Under the pieces are notes generated by a model. That model did no database searches, had not been told where the DNA came from, and saw only the letters and a list, made by a program, of their open reading frames with translations. DNA of 64,000 nucleotides from Bacteroidales bacterium (GTDB taxonomy: Bacteria > Bacteroidota > Bacteroidia > Bacteroidales > VadinHA17), in NCBI GenBank assembly GCA_049792755.1, contig JBARBF010000079.1, positions 5,218 to 69,217 on the forward strand. Reading direction: 5' to 3'. Made by a program: the position numbers and the translations under genes. This document shows, in pieces, positions 19,779-28,957 of this stretch. Position 1 is the stretch's first letter, and every line of letters starts with the position of its first letter.

Positions 19779-19938
19779 CACCCCCTAAATCCCCCCAAGG
19801 GGGGACTTTAAGAACCATCTTCAGCTAGCGCGGTTTTGCAATCGGTCCTAAGTTAGGTGTGAGAGCAAAGCTGGTCAGATATGAAACAGTAACTTATCAA
19901 TTACACAGTATTAAGCCCCCTTGGGGGGTTTGGGGGGT
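19779..19938. repeat. inverted pair of GC-rich repeats flanking ~100 bp (MITE-like unit)
   Basis: CCACCCCCTAAATCCCCCCAAGGGGGGACTTTA at 19779-19810 and AAGCCCCCTTGGGGGGTTTGGGGGGT at 19913-19938, in opposite orientations. Confidence 0.75.
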
Positions 19939-20022
19939 AAAAACAACAATTAAATTGGTTACGCTATGGCGTGACCCTACAGGCTGCCATGTTAGACGGT
20001 AGGGCCATGCCATGGCAAAGCC

Positions 20023-21690
20023 TTATTTATACGAATCGTTATGCACGCTTTTTACTGCTCTTCCTGAAGGATCAATCATATTTTTAAATGAAGCATCCCA
20101 GGCAATTGCTTCAGGAGTACTGCATGCAACTGAAGGTACTGACGGCACACAGGATGCTGCTGAGTCGGAAGGGAAATGCTCTGTAAAGATGCATCTGTAG
20201 AAATATTCTTCCTTCGACATCGGTGGATTGATCGGAAAGCGATATTTGGCGTTGACAAGCTGTTCATCAGTAACTTCTTTTGAAGAAAGGGCTCTTAATG
20301 TATCAATCCAGTTGTATCCAACTCCATCTGAAAACTGTTCTTTTTGTCTCCACGCTACACTTGCAGGCAGGTAGTCTTCAAAAGCTTTTCTAAGCACCCA
20401 TTTTTCCATTCGATCCTTTCTGATCATTTTATCTTTTGGATTCAGACGCATAGCTATATCCATAAATTCTTTATCAAGAAATGGGACACGGCCTTCTACA
20501 CCCCATGCTGCCAGTGATTTATTTGCACGCAGACAATCATATAAATGTAATTTACCTATTTTTCTGATGGTTTCTTCATGAAACGCTTTTGCATCAGGTG
20601 CTTTGTGAAAATAGAGATAACCGCCAAAAATTTCATCAGCACCTTCGCCAGAGAGAACCATCTTTACTCCCATCGATTTGATCACTCTTGCAAGCAGGTA
20701 CATTGGAGTGGACGCCCTGATAGTTGTAACATCGTATGTTTCAATGTGATATATGACATCCCGAATAGAATCCAATCCTTCCTGAACTGTAAAATTAATT
20801 TCGTGATGTATTGTTCCAATATGATCTGCCACCTTCCGGGCAGCAGCAAGATCGGGAGACCCTTCAAGTCCTACAGCGAATGAGTGCAACTGAGGCCACC
20901 ATGCCTCACTCATATCATACGATTCAATTCTTTTTGGAGCAAATTTCTTGGCAATTGCAGACACAACAGATGAATCGAGACCTCCTGAAAGGAGAACACC
21001 ATATGGAACGTCTGACATAAGCTGACGGTGAACTGATGCTTCCAGAGCTTCTTTTAATTCCTCAATGCTTGTTCCATTGTTTTCAACTGCAGAATAATTC
21101 TCCCAGTCCCTTTTGTACCATTTAGTCATTACGCCATCTTTGCTGTAAAGATAATGTCCTGGCAAAAACTCCTGAATCTTATTGCATACACCTTCCAGGG
21201 CCTTAAGCTCCGAGGCTACATAGAAATTTCCAAAGGGATCCCAGCCAATGTAGAGCGGCACAATTCCGATATGATCACGGGCAATCAGATAGCAATCCTT
21301 CAGCCTGTCATATAAAGCGAACGCAAATATTCCGTTTAATTCTTCTATAAAAGCCGGCCCTTTGTCGCGATAGAGTGGCAGTATAACCTCACAATCGGAA
21401 TGAGTCTGAAAATCATAAGAGCTTTCGTACCGTTTTCTTATCTCCTGATGATTGTATATTTCACCGTTTACCGCAAGAATAAGATTGCAATCCTTGCTGT
21501 ATAATGGTTGTTTGCCCGACTGAGGATCGACAATCGATAACCTCTCATGTGCAAGTATCGCCTTTTCACAATAGAATATTCCTGACCAGTCCGGTCCACG
21601 GTGCCTTACTTTTTTGGACATTTTAAGGACTGTCGACCTCAACTCCATATGATTGACTTTCAAATCAAATACGCCTACAATTCCACACAT
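20023..21690 (-). CDS. asnB: asparagine synthase (glutamine-hydrolysing)
   Basis: 555 aa. The N-terminal nucleophile MCGI is present, as is the PP-loop LLSGGLDSSVVSAIA. Confidence 0.92.
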   Translation of the reverse strand: MCGIVGVFDLKVNHMELRSTVLKMSKKVRHRGPDWSGIFYCEKAILAHERLSIVDPQSGKQPLYSKDCNLILAVNGEIYNHQEIRKRYESSYDFQTHSDCEVILPLYRDKGPAFIEELNGIFAFALYDRLKDCYLIARDHIGIVPLYIGWDPFGNFYVASELKALEGVCNKIQEFLPGHYLYSKDGVMTKWYKRDWENYSAVENNGTSIEELKEALEASVHRQLMSDVPYGVLLSGGLDSSVVSAIAKKFAPKRIESYDMSEAWWPQLHSFAVGLEGSPDLAAARKVADHIGTIHHEINFTVQEGLDSIRDVIYHIETYDVTTIRASTPMYLLARVIKSMGVKMVLSGEGADEIFGGYLYFHKAPDAKAFHEETIRKIGKLHLYDCLRANKSLAAWGVEGRVPFLDKEFMDIAMRLNPKDKMIRKDRMEKWVLRKAFEDYLPASVAWRQKEQFSDGVGYNWIDTLRALSSKEVTDEQLVNAKYRFPINPPMSKEEYFYRCIFTEHFPSDSAASCVPSVPSVACSTPEAIAWDASFKNMIDPSGRAVKSVHNDSYK

Positions 21691-21982
21691 ATTTCTTCTT
21701 TTTAATGATTTATTAAAGGTTGAAAAATTTCAAAAGCTCCGGATGCAAAGCTAATAATATTTTACTGACTGTTATTCAAATTGATATATTTTATGATATA
21801 AAATGCATTTTAATTAAGTAAATGATTATAATGTCTAAATAAATGATATTTAATGTCTGTATTTATTGAATATTATTAAAATAATACAATTATGTGCTAA
21901 ATATTTAGATTCATTTAACATTTGAAGAAAATTTTCTACTGAATAAAATAATAAATTTGCCGGTCAACAAATCTTCTTAAAA

Positions 21983-22405
21983 ATGAAAAACTGTCTCTTG
22001 ACAATTTTATCTGTTTTTTTTTCAGTACAAACAATTGAATGTCAGCAAATCAGCGAATGGAGACTTGAAAACAGAACAGGTGTATCTGCCGAAATTGGCT
22101 TATTGAAGTCCTGGACTGAAACTGGTCCTGAAATGTTATGGTTTAATCAGGAATTGCCTACCGGATTTTCTTCTGTTACTTTTGGCAATAGTTCAATCTA
22201 CATTACGGGTAATCGGGATAAAAATGACGTTCTGGTTGCGATGGATACACTGGGCAAGATAAAATGGCAAACTCCATATGGCCGTTCATGGGAACAATCA
22301 TATCCCGACAGCAGGTGTGCTCATACTGTGGAGGTAATTCATAATAAGAAGCTCTATATCCGTCACGGCAAAGTGCTCATGGCATATGATATTAAAGACA
22401 AGTAG
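21983..22405 (+). pseudogene. truncated PQQ-like beta-propeller paralogue (N-terminal ~140 aa only)
   Basis: Signal peptide followed by EWRLENRTGVSAEIG...LWFNQELPTGFSSVTFGNSSIYITG. This is collinear with the first blades of the 452-aa paralogues but stops after 140 codons. It could instead be a genuine short protein. Confidence 0.4.
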
Positions 22406-22471
22406 TTAAAATCTTTATTACCTTTGGTGGCTAATGATTAAAATGAGATTAGCAAGTATTTGAAAGATAGG

Positions 22472-23923
22472 ATGTTGCAAGTCAGATATAGGAATATTCT
22501 TGTAGTGGCAGCAGTTGTAGTTTTCGTATCTGTGCTTCTGTGGTGGTTGCTCGTTAGCCAACCTCTTCCTGTAACAGAAAGGATACCAGGTATGGATGAC
22601 CGTCCCAAACAAGAAGCACGGTCTGACTCAGTTATTATAGGTCAGTTCTTTGACACGCTTGGGACTATGGATGCAGCAATTCCCGGAGACTGGCCCAGAT
22701 TCAGAGGGAAAGATCTTGATAATATCAGCAAGGATACTACACCACTCTCAGAATCATGGGATACCTCAGGACCTGCAATAATCTGGAGAACAACGCTTGG
22801 AGAAGGATATGCCGGCCCTTCAGTTCATAACGGCAGAGTTTATCTTCTTGACTATAATGAAAGAAAGAAAGCTGACGCACTCAGATGTTTTTCTCTTTCT
22901 TCAGGAAAGGAACTATGGCGAAGATGGTATTATGTTGATTTGAAAAGAAATCATGGTTACTCCAGAACTATACCTGCTGTAACAGACAAATATGTCGTCA
23001 CAATTGGTCCACGATCGCATGTTATGTGTGTTGATCCTGTCAATGGAAACATGTTATGGTCACATGATCTTGAAAAAGAGTTTGGTATCAGTGGAACAGA
23101 GAAGGGAAGGATCACACCTGATTTCTACACAGGTCAATGTCCCCTGATTGATAACGATGTAACTGTTCTGGCCCCCGGGGGGAAAGCATTGATGATAGGT
23201 GTGGATTGTGCCTCAGGCAAAATAGTATGGCAGACCCCTAACCCCGACTCCCTCAGGATGTCCCATGGTTCTATCATGCCAATGGTGATTCATGATAAAC
23301 GAATGTATGTATATAATGCGGTTGGAGGTGTCTGCGGTGTTTCTGCCGAAAAGCCAGATCTGGGCAAGTTATTGTGGATTACCACTGAATGGAGCCCTGC
23401 AACAACTGCAGCCTCTCCCCTTTTTCTTGGAAATAATGAAATAGCTGTCTTTGGGAGTTATGGAGCCGGTGGAGCAAGAATATCAATAAATTATGACGGA
23501 TCAAAATATTCAGCAACTGTCAGGGAACAGCATAAGGCAACCAATGGCCTTGCCAGCGATCAGCAGACACCTGTAATTATAGGTAATTACATATGGAGTG
23601 TTCTGCCTGAGAATGCAGGTGCATTGAAAAAGCAGCTGGTTTGTTATAAGAAATCTGATCTTTTGACAGCTGTCTGGTCTAGCGGAAAAGAAAACAGATT
23701 TGGACGGGGACTGGGTCCATACATTGTAAGCGGAGATAAACTATATCTTCTTGATGATGACGGAAACCTTTACTTTTATAAGATGGATGAGAATAAGGTC
23801 ATGTTAATTGCCAGCCATAAGGTAATAAAAGGCATAGAAGCTTGGGGTCCGATGGCGATCGCAGGTAAATACCTCATTCTGAGGGATGCAAGGAATTTAC
23901 TCTGTCTTAATATTGGTAAATGA
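22472..23923 (+). CDS. membrane-anchored PQQ-like beta-propeller repeat protein
   Basis: One N-terminal TM (ILVVAAVVVFVSVLLWWLLV). The family entry motif DWPRFRGKDLDN and repeated blade motifs (GRVYLLDY, GKELWR, GNMLWSH, GKIVWQT) follow. An ATG at 22472 is preferred to the TTG at 22460. Confidence 0.75.
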   Translation: MLQVRYRNILVVAAVVVFVSVLLWWLLVSQPLPVTERIPGMDDRPKQEARSDSVIIGQFFDTLGTMDAAIPGDWPRFRGKDLDNISKDTTPLSESWDTSGPAIIWRTTLGEGYAGPSVHNGRVYLLDYNERKKADALRCFSLSSGKELWRRWYYVDLKRNHGYSRTIPAVTDKYVVTIGPRSHVMCVDPVNGNMLWSHDLEKEFGISGTEKGRITPDFYTGQCPLIDNDVTVLAPGGKALMIGVDCASGKIVWQTPNPDSLRMSHGSIMPMVIHDKRMYVYNAVGGVCGVSAEKPDLGKLLWITTEWSPATTAASPLFLGNNEIAVFGSYGAGGARISINYDGSKYSATVREQHKATNGLASDQQTPVIIGNYIWSVLPENAGALKKQLVCYKKSDLLTAVWSSGKENRFGRGLGPYIVSGDKLYLLDDDGNLYFYKMDENKVMLIASHKVIKGIEAWGPMAIAGKYLILRDARNLLCLNIGK

Positions 23924-23929
23924 ACTAAA

Positions 23930-24856
23930 ATGAATAAAAAAACTATTACATTCATGTCTGTAGTGATCATTCTCGCTTTTATAGTGTATATGATCATTGA
24001 TATTGTTAAACCTGCAGGATCAGTTAATGCTGATCCGATAATTCCGCAAGGTCAGGATATAGCCGATGCATGGAAGATCTCCGGTGAATTTAAGGTGAAT
24101 GAAGGCTCCCTCAAAGCAGTTTCTGTAGCTCCATCAGGAAAAATTTATCTCGGTGGTGATTCATTTGTATCCTGCTATGACATTTCCATGAAGCTTATCT
24201 GGAATGTGAAAGCTCCCTATCCTGTTACCTCGCTTACGAACTGGGGCGACTCAATTTTTGCATCAACTTCTGAACAGATTCTGGTAATGAGTACTGACGG
24301 CAGAATCTTGAATGAATGGGGACCATTTGAGGATAGCTGTTTGATCACTTCTGTAGCCGCGAACGCAAAATATTTTGCTTTTGCAGATGCAGGAAATAAA
24401 ATAGTTTACGTTCTTGACAAAGGTGGTGAGGTTAAAACGATGATTGGTCAGAATGATAAACACTTTGTTATTCCAAGTCCTTATTTTGAAGTTGCTCTGG
24501 ATAAAAGCAATAATCTTTATGCGGCAAATACAGGCTTGCATCGCATCGAAACTTATACAATTGACGGGGTCTTAAAAAGTCAGTTTGGTGAAGCAGGTAT
24601 CGGCCCCGGAGCTTTTTGTGGCTGTTGTGCCCCACCTCATTTCGCGCTTATTCCTCAAGGCTTCGTGACATCAGAAAAAGGAATTAACAGGATTAAAATT
24701 CTAAATAAAAGTGGTGAATTTGTTGAGTATGTCAATTCAAAGAATAACTTTATTAAATCTGTGCCTCTCGCTCTTGCTTCTGCCGATGGAGTTACTATTT
24801 ATGCAGCCAATCCCGGTGATTCTAAACTTTATGTTTTTAACCGAAAAACCCCCTAA
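23930..24856 (+). CDS. membrane-anchored NHL/six-bladed-propeller-like protein
   Basis: 308 aa with one TM (FMSVVIILAFIVYMIIDIV). Repeated short beta-blade motifs are present (KIYLGGD, NKIVYVLD, NNLYAANTG, VTIYAANPG). It also has an unusual GPGAFCGCCAPPHF segment. It starts 6 nt after the upstream stop. Confidence 0.6.
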   Translation: MNKKTITFMSVVIILAFIVYMIIDIVKPAGSVNADPIIPQGQDIADAWKISGEFKVNEGSLKAVSVAPSGKIYLGGDSFVSCYDISMKLIWNVKAPYPVTSLTNWGDSIFASTSEQILVMSTDGRILNEWGPFEDSCLITSVAANAKYFAFADAGNKIVYVLDKGGEVKTMIGQNDKHFVIPSPYFEVALDKSNNLYAANTGLHRIETYTIDGVLKSQFGEAGIGPGAFCGCCAPPHFALIPQGFVTSEKGINRIKILNKSGEFVEYVNSKNNFIKSVPLALASADGVTIYAANPGDSKLYVFNRKTP

Positions 24857-25044
24857 ATTCCACCAAGGGGGGACTTACTCTCGATCATATTTTCAGCCTC
24901 CATATTGGAGGATAGGTGATCGGAAAAAAGAAAAAATGAAGAACTTACACAACTTGTCCCGCTTAGGCGGGAGAGGTACACAGTGAAGCACAGAGAGCCA
25001 CAGAAGGTAAAAACAAGTTAAGCCCCTCATGGAGGGTTTGGGGT
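24848..25044. repeat. inverted pair of GC-rich repeats flanking ~140 bp with internal hairpins
   Basis: ACCCCCTAAATTCCACCAAGGGGGGACTTA (24848-24877) and AAGCCCCTCATGGAGGGTTTGGGGTG (25019-25044). Internal hairpins are CCTCCATATTGGAGG and CCCGCTTAGGCGGG. Confidence 0.75.
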
Positions 25045-25097
25045 GAAAACAAGGGAGTCTGATGGAATTGAATCTTAAATTTTGAATTTTGAATGTG

Positions 25098-25271
25098 ATG
25101 ACCAGAAACGAACTGCTTAAGAAACTTGGGAGATATATTCTCCTGATACTGATCGCCATAATTGCTATATCACTCGGGAAAAAGGTATCCGGCGCAAATG
25201 AATGCTCAATCTGTCCTGGTAAAGGGATTTGCAATGGAAATGCAGATTGTAATAAGTATAAGGTTCGGTAA
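25098..25271 (+). CDS. small membrane protein with Cys-rich tail
   Basis: 57 aa from the ATG at 25098. One TM (YILLILIAIIAISL) is followed by CSICPGKGICNGNADC (4 Cys). Its stop is 2 nt before the next start. Confidence 0.5.
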   Translation: MTRNELLKKLGRYILLILIAIIAISLGKKVSGANECSICPGKGICNGNADCNKYKVR

Positions 25272-25273
25272 TT

Positions 25274-25843
25274 ATGAGTGAAAGTAAAAATAAATATCAG
25301 TCAAGGCGCGACTTCGTTAAATCTGCAGGAAAGTTGATTGTGGTTTTGCCATTGGTTGTTGTGCCTGTAATACTTATAAAGAAGACCTCGGTGAAAGGCT
25401 ATGTCTGGCAGATAGATCCTTTCAAATGCACTCAATGCGGACAGTGCAAGACTAATTGTGTGCTTACTCCCTCTGCCTCCAAATGTGTCCATGCGTTTCG
25501 TATGTGCGGCTATTGCGATCTTTGCGGAGGTTATCTCAGGCAGGGTGTAAAAAGAATCAGCACCGGTGCAGAGAATCAGTTATGTCCTACGGGGGCAATA
25601 ACTAGAAAATTTGTTGAAGAACCATATTTTGAGTATACCATTAATGAAAAACTATGCGATGGCTGTGCCAAGTGTGTGAAGGGATGCGGGGATTTCGGGA
25701 ACGGATCGCTTTATATGCAGATCAGACATGACAGATGCGTCAATTGCAACGAATGTTCAATTGCCCGTACCTGCCCGTCAAATGCAATATCCAGGATACC
25801 GGCTAGAGTTGCATATTTGCCAAAAGATGCAGTTAAAAAGTAA
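25274..25843 (+). CDS. Tat-signal polyferredoxin, NapG/MauM-like
   Basis: 189 aa. Has a twin-arginine motif SRRDFVKSAG plus a hydrophobic h-region. Four Cys clusters are present: CTQCGQCKTNC, CGYCDLCGG...CPTGAI, CDGCAKCVKGC and CVNCNECSIARTCP. Confidence 0.75.
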   Translation: MSESKNKYQSRRDFVKSAGKLIVVLPLVVVPVILIKKTSVKGYVWQIDPFKCTQCGQCKTNCVLTPSASKCVHAFRMCGYCDLCGGYLRQGVKRISTGAENQLCPTGAITRKFVEEPYFEYTINEKLCDGCAKCVKGCGDFGNGSLYMQIRHDRCVNCNECSIARTCPSNAISRIPARVAYLPKDAVKK

Positions 25844-25860
25844 GTTTTTAGAATTTAAAT

Positions 25861-25960
25861 CCATTAAACACAAAGATCGCAAAGGTTGAAGAACTAAAGT
25901 CACTAAGAAGCACAAATAATATGCCCGAATTACTCCACTTTAGGGGGGAAGGGGAGCAAA
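25861..25960. repeat. degenerate CACAAAG-family copy plus partial GC-rich repeat
   Basis: AACACAAAGATCGCAAAGG...AAGCACAAA, followed by CCACTTTAGGGGGGAAGGGGAGC. Confidence 0.45.
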
Positions 25961-25995
25961 CGTTAAAAGATAAACAAAAAACGAAAACCGATTAA

Positions 25996-27261
25996 ATGAA
26001 GAAAGCCCTTCCATATATAATATTCATTTTGCTTTTATTCTGGCACGTGGCTATTATGGCCCAGGACCGGTTTCCACGTCCTGAATTTGAATCAGGTCAT
26101 GTTTATCCGACCAATCAGATGCCTGTTCCAAGAGCTCAGGTATGGGAATATTTTGACGTGGTCGTCCTAATAGCTGCACTGGCAGTAACAACCTGGCTGG
26201 CATTGAAAAAACGTTCACGACAGGGTTTGGTATGGATGTCACTCTTTTCCCTTGCATATTTTGGCTTCTACAGGGAGGGCTGCATTTGTGCCGTTGGCTC
26301 AGTTCAAAATGTATCCCTCGCATTATTTAATACAGGATATTCTATACCACTTACAGCACTTTTGTTCTTTATAATTCCTTTGTTATTTGCTCTTGCCTAC
26401 GGACGAGTTTTCTGTGCAGGAGTTTGCCCTCTCGGAGCTATCCAGGAACTAACGGGTATTAGGCCGGTCAAGCTTCCAAAATTTATTGAAATATTACTGG
26501 CAGCTGTGCCTTTCATTTATCTTGCGGTTGCAATTCTGTTCTCTTCAACTAACAGTCAATTCATTATATGCAGGTATGATCCTTTCGTTGGGATATTCAG
26601 GCTCGATGCCCCGTATACAATGATAATTTTCGGAGCTCTGTTACTTTTAGCCGGGGTATTTGTAAACAGACCATACTGCAGATTCCTTTGTCCGTATGGC
26701 GTTCTTTTAAATATTTTTTCAAGATTTGCAGGTAAGCATCTGACAATAACCCCTGCAGAATGCACAAATTGCAGGCTTTGTGAGGAGGTTTGCCCTTATA
26801 ATGCTATAATCCCTTCAAATCTGGAAGAAAGATTGGAAGAGCCGGAGAAGTCAAGAAAACATTTCATTCAGTATTTTGTTCTTGTTCCGGTATTTGCAGT
26901 CGCCGGAGCTTTATTACTCTACAACATGGCTCCTGTTTTGTCAGGAGCAAACAGTACTGTAAGACTGGCCAGAGAAATCCGGACAGAAAAGAAAAGCGGT
27001 ATTGAATCACCATTGAAAGATGTAATTGCTTATAAAGAATCGGGGAAAACTGAAACGAAACTATATAATGAAGAAGAATTAATCATCGGACGTTTCAGGA
27101 ATTATTCACCCTGGGCCGGGGCATTCCTTGGAATATCATTCGGAATAGGTATGATATCTCTGACAATAAAGAGCAGACGAACCGAATATAAGCCCAACCA
27201 GGGTAAGTGTTACAGCTGTGGCAGATGTTTTAAATATTGTCCGATTAAAGTAAAGAGCTGA
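25996..27261 (+). CDS. membrane polyferredoxin of the NapH/MauN/NosR/CcoG (CX3CP) superfamily
   Basis: 421 aa with multiple TMs. Two CX3CP motifs are present (RVFCAGVCPLGAIQE, RPYCRFLCPYGVL). Two 4Fe-4S motifs follow (CTNCRLCEEVCP, CYSCGRCFKYCP). Confidence 0.8.
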   Translation: MKKALPYIIFILLLFWHVAIMAQDRFPRPEFESGHVYPTNQMPVPRAQVWEYFDVVVLIAALAVTTWLALKKRSRQGLVWMSLFSLAYFGFYREGCICAVGSVQNVSLALFNTGYSIPLTALLFFIIPLLFALAYGRVFCAGVCPLGAIQELTGIRPVKLPKFIEILLAAVPFIYLAVAILFSSTNSQFIICRYDPFVGIFRLDAPYTMIIFGALLLLAGVFVNRPYCRFLCPYGVLLNIFSRFAGKHLTITPAECTNCRLCEEVCPYNAIIPSNLEERLEEPEKSRKHFIQYFVLVPVFAVAGALLLYNMAPVLSGANSTVRLAREIRTEKKSGIESPLKDVIAYKESGKTETKLYNEEELIIGRFRNYSPWAGAFLGISFGIGMISLTIKSRRTEYKPNQGKCYSCGRCFKYCPIKVKS

Positions 27262-27262
27262 G

Positions 27263-28957
27263 ATGAAGTTTAATTTTAATGAAAAGGATATAAGTATTCT
27301 CAAAGTTGTGAGTCATGTCTCGGGAGGGTTTGCTCTTATTGTAGCATTGACTATGATCTTCAGTCTAGTACAGCTTAAAACAATAAATCCCCTCGATAAT
27401 CCGGTATTGCTATCGGCTAAGGAACAATATGATAAGGATCCTTCGAATGCAGCCAGGGCAGAGCAGGTAAGGGCAATGGATCTGATGGCAAGGAAAGCTT
27501 ACTTCAGTTCAAGATGGCAGGTAGAGACAGGTTCCTACCTGCTTATTGCGGGAGTCGTCATCTTTATTATTTGTCAGAGAATGATCGCAGGGAGCGAAAA
27601 GCTCAAACCTGTTGTTGCTGGTACAAAACCCGACTCAGTACTGAACCGGGAAAAAAACAGAAAATACCTTATTTCAGCAGCTGCTTTTATTCTGACAGCA
27701 GCTATTGTTTCATCGTTTTTCCTGCGCGCCGATTTACCAGATATCTCAGGAAAAGCTCCTGCATCATCGAAGAAACATGAAAGTAGCAATGAAAAAGCCT
27801 CTGCACCGGATAAAACAAACTGGCCTTCTTTTCGCGGACAGGATAGTCGTGGATCAGCTGGAGGAAAAGGATACCCTACTGAATGGGATGCCGCCACAGG
27901 AAGTAATATCGCATGGAAGCTTGAGATACCTAAAAAAGGAAAGAGCTCCCCAGTCATATGGGGAGATAAGCTTTTCTTAACCGGCGCTCAGGATAAGATA
28001 TGTGAAGTCTATTGCATTGATAAAAAATCGGGAAAAATATTATGGACAGGATCTGCCTCTGATATCCCCGGCGAACCTGCTGTTTTGCCTAAAACTGATC
28101 CAGACGCCGGACTTGCTGTTTCAACAACTGCTACTAATGGGAAAGTGGTTTGTGCAGTCTTTTCAAATGGGAACCTGGTATGTTTCGATATGGATGGGAA
28201 AAAGAAATGGATGAAAAATATAGGTGTTCCCGAAAACAGCTATGGCTATGCTTCCTCACTCATGATTTATAAAGATCTTCTGCTTGTACAGTTCGACAGC
28301 AATACAAAAATTTCGCTAAAAGGAATTGATCTGGAGTCGGGTGATCAGAAGTGGGAAACTATCCGACATGGACACGCCGTTTGGTCTTCTCCTGTTCTTG
28401 CTCATTTCAGGGGAAACCCCGAACTGGTTATAAACGGAAATCCTTATGTGAGCGGATATGATCCATTAACTGGCAATTTGCTCTGGGAAGTTGAATGCAT
28501 GAGCGGAGATGTCGCACCTTCAGTAGCTGTAAACAGTACAATGGCGTACGCCGTAACTGACTATGCGAAACTGGTGGCAATTAAACCCGACAATGGCGTA
28601 TCAATTGTATGGGAAGATAATACATATACCCCCGATGTTTCAAGTCCTGTTGCTACCGATCAGTACCTGTTTGTATCAACTGGAAATGGTGATGTTGCAT
28701 GTTATAATGCGATGAAAGGAGATACTTTGTGGACACACTATTTCCAGGATCCTTTCTATGCCTCTCCTTTAATAGCGGACGACATGGTTTATCTTCTTGA
28801 CAGAAGTGGTAAGACGCATATTGTTAAAATTGGACCCACCTTCAAACTTATTGCTGAATCGGCTTTGGGTGAAGCAGCAGACTGTTCACCGGCATTTTCA
28901 GACGGTAAGATATATATCCGGGGCCGGAAGAATCTTTATTGCATTTCTAAAAATTGA
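27263..28957 (+). CDS. 3-TM-anchored PQQ-like beta-propeller repeat protein
   Basis: 564 aa. Three N-terminal hydrophobic helices and a Ser/Lys-rich linker precede NWPSFRGQDSRGSAGG and the blade motifs (GDKLFLTG, GKILWTG, GDQKWET, GNLLWEV, GDTLWTH). The ATG lies 1 nt after the upstream stop. Confidence 0.8.
   Translation: MKFNFNEKDISILKVVSHVSGGFALIVALTMIFSLVQLKTINPLDNPVLLSAKEQYDKDPSNAARAEQVRAMDLMARKAYFSSRWQVETGSYLLIAGVVIFIICQRMIAGSEKLKPVVAGTKPDSVLNREKNRKYLISAAAFILTAAIVSSFFLRADLPDISGKAPASSKKHESSNEKASAPDKTNWPSFRGQDSRGSAGGKGYPTEWDAATGSNIAWKLEIPKKGKSSPVIWGDKLFLTGAQDKICEVYCIDKKSGKILWTGSASDIPGEPAVLPKTDPDAGLAVSTTATNGKVVCAVFSNGNLVCFDMDGKKKWMKNIGVPENSYGYASSLMIYKDLLLVQFDSNTKISLKGIDLESGDQKWETIRHGHAVWSSPVLAHFRGNPELVINGNPYVSGYDPLTGNLLWEVECMSGDVAPSVAVNSTMAYAVTDYAKLVAIKPDNGVSIVWEDNTYTPDVSSPVATDQYLFVSTGNGDVACYNAMKGDTLWTHYFQDPFYASPLIADDMVYLLDRSGKTHIVKIGPTFKLIAESALGEAADCSPAFSDGKIYIRGRKNLYCISKN

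Noticed and set aside
19726-20022. Possible tRNA or small RNA gene in the structured gap between the GRE gene and asnB
   Set aside because: No cloverleaf or T-loop (GGTTCGAATCC-like) signature is present. The structure is explained by the inverted repeat pair plus a CCCTAC...GTAGGG hairpin that probably terminates asnB.
24893-25234. 113-aa minus-strand ORF and 91-aa plus-strand ORF (24711-24986) across the repeat-filled gap
   Set aside because: Both are read through GC-rich repeat copies and hairpins. No motifs are present, and they overlap better-supported genes.
27574-27957. Antisense or alternative-frame ORFs of 100-145 aa inside the island genes (also 29259-29627, 29910-30212, 30541-30963, 30912-31214, 31753-32190, 32191-32463)
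   Set aside because: All lie within long genes that carry dense cofactor motifs in the annotated frame. These are typical shadow ORFs.
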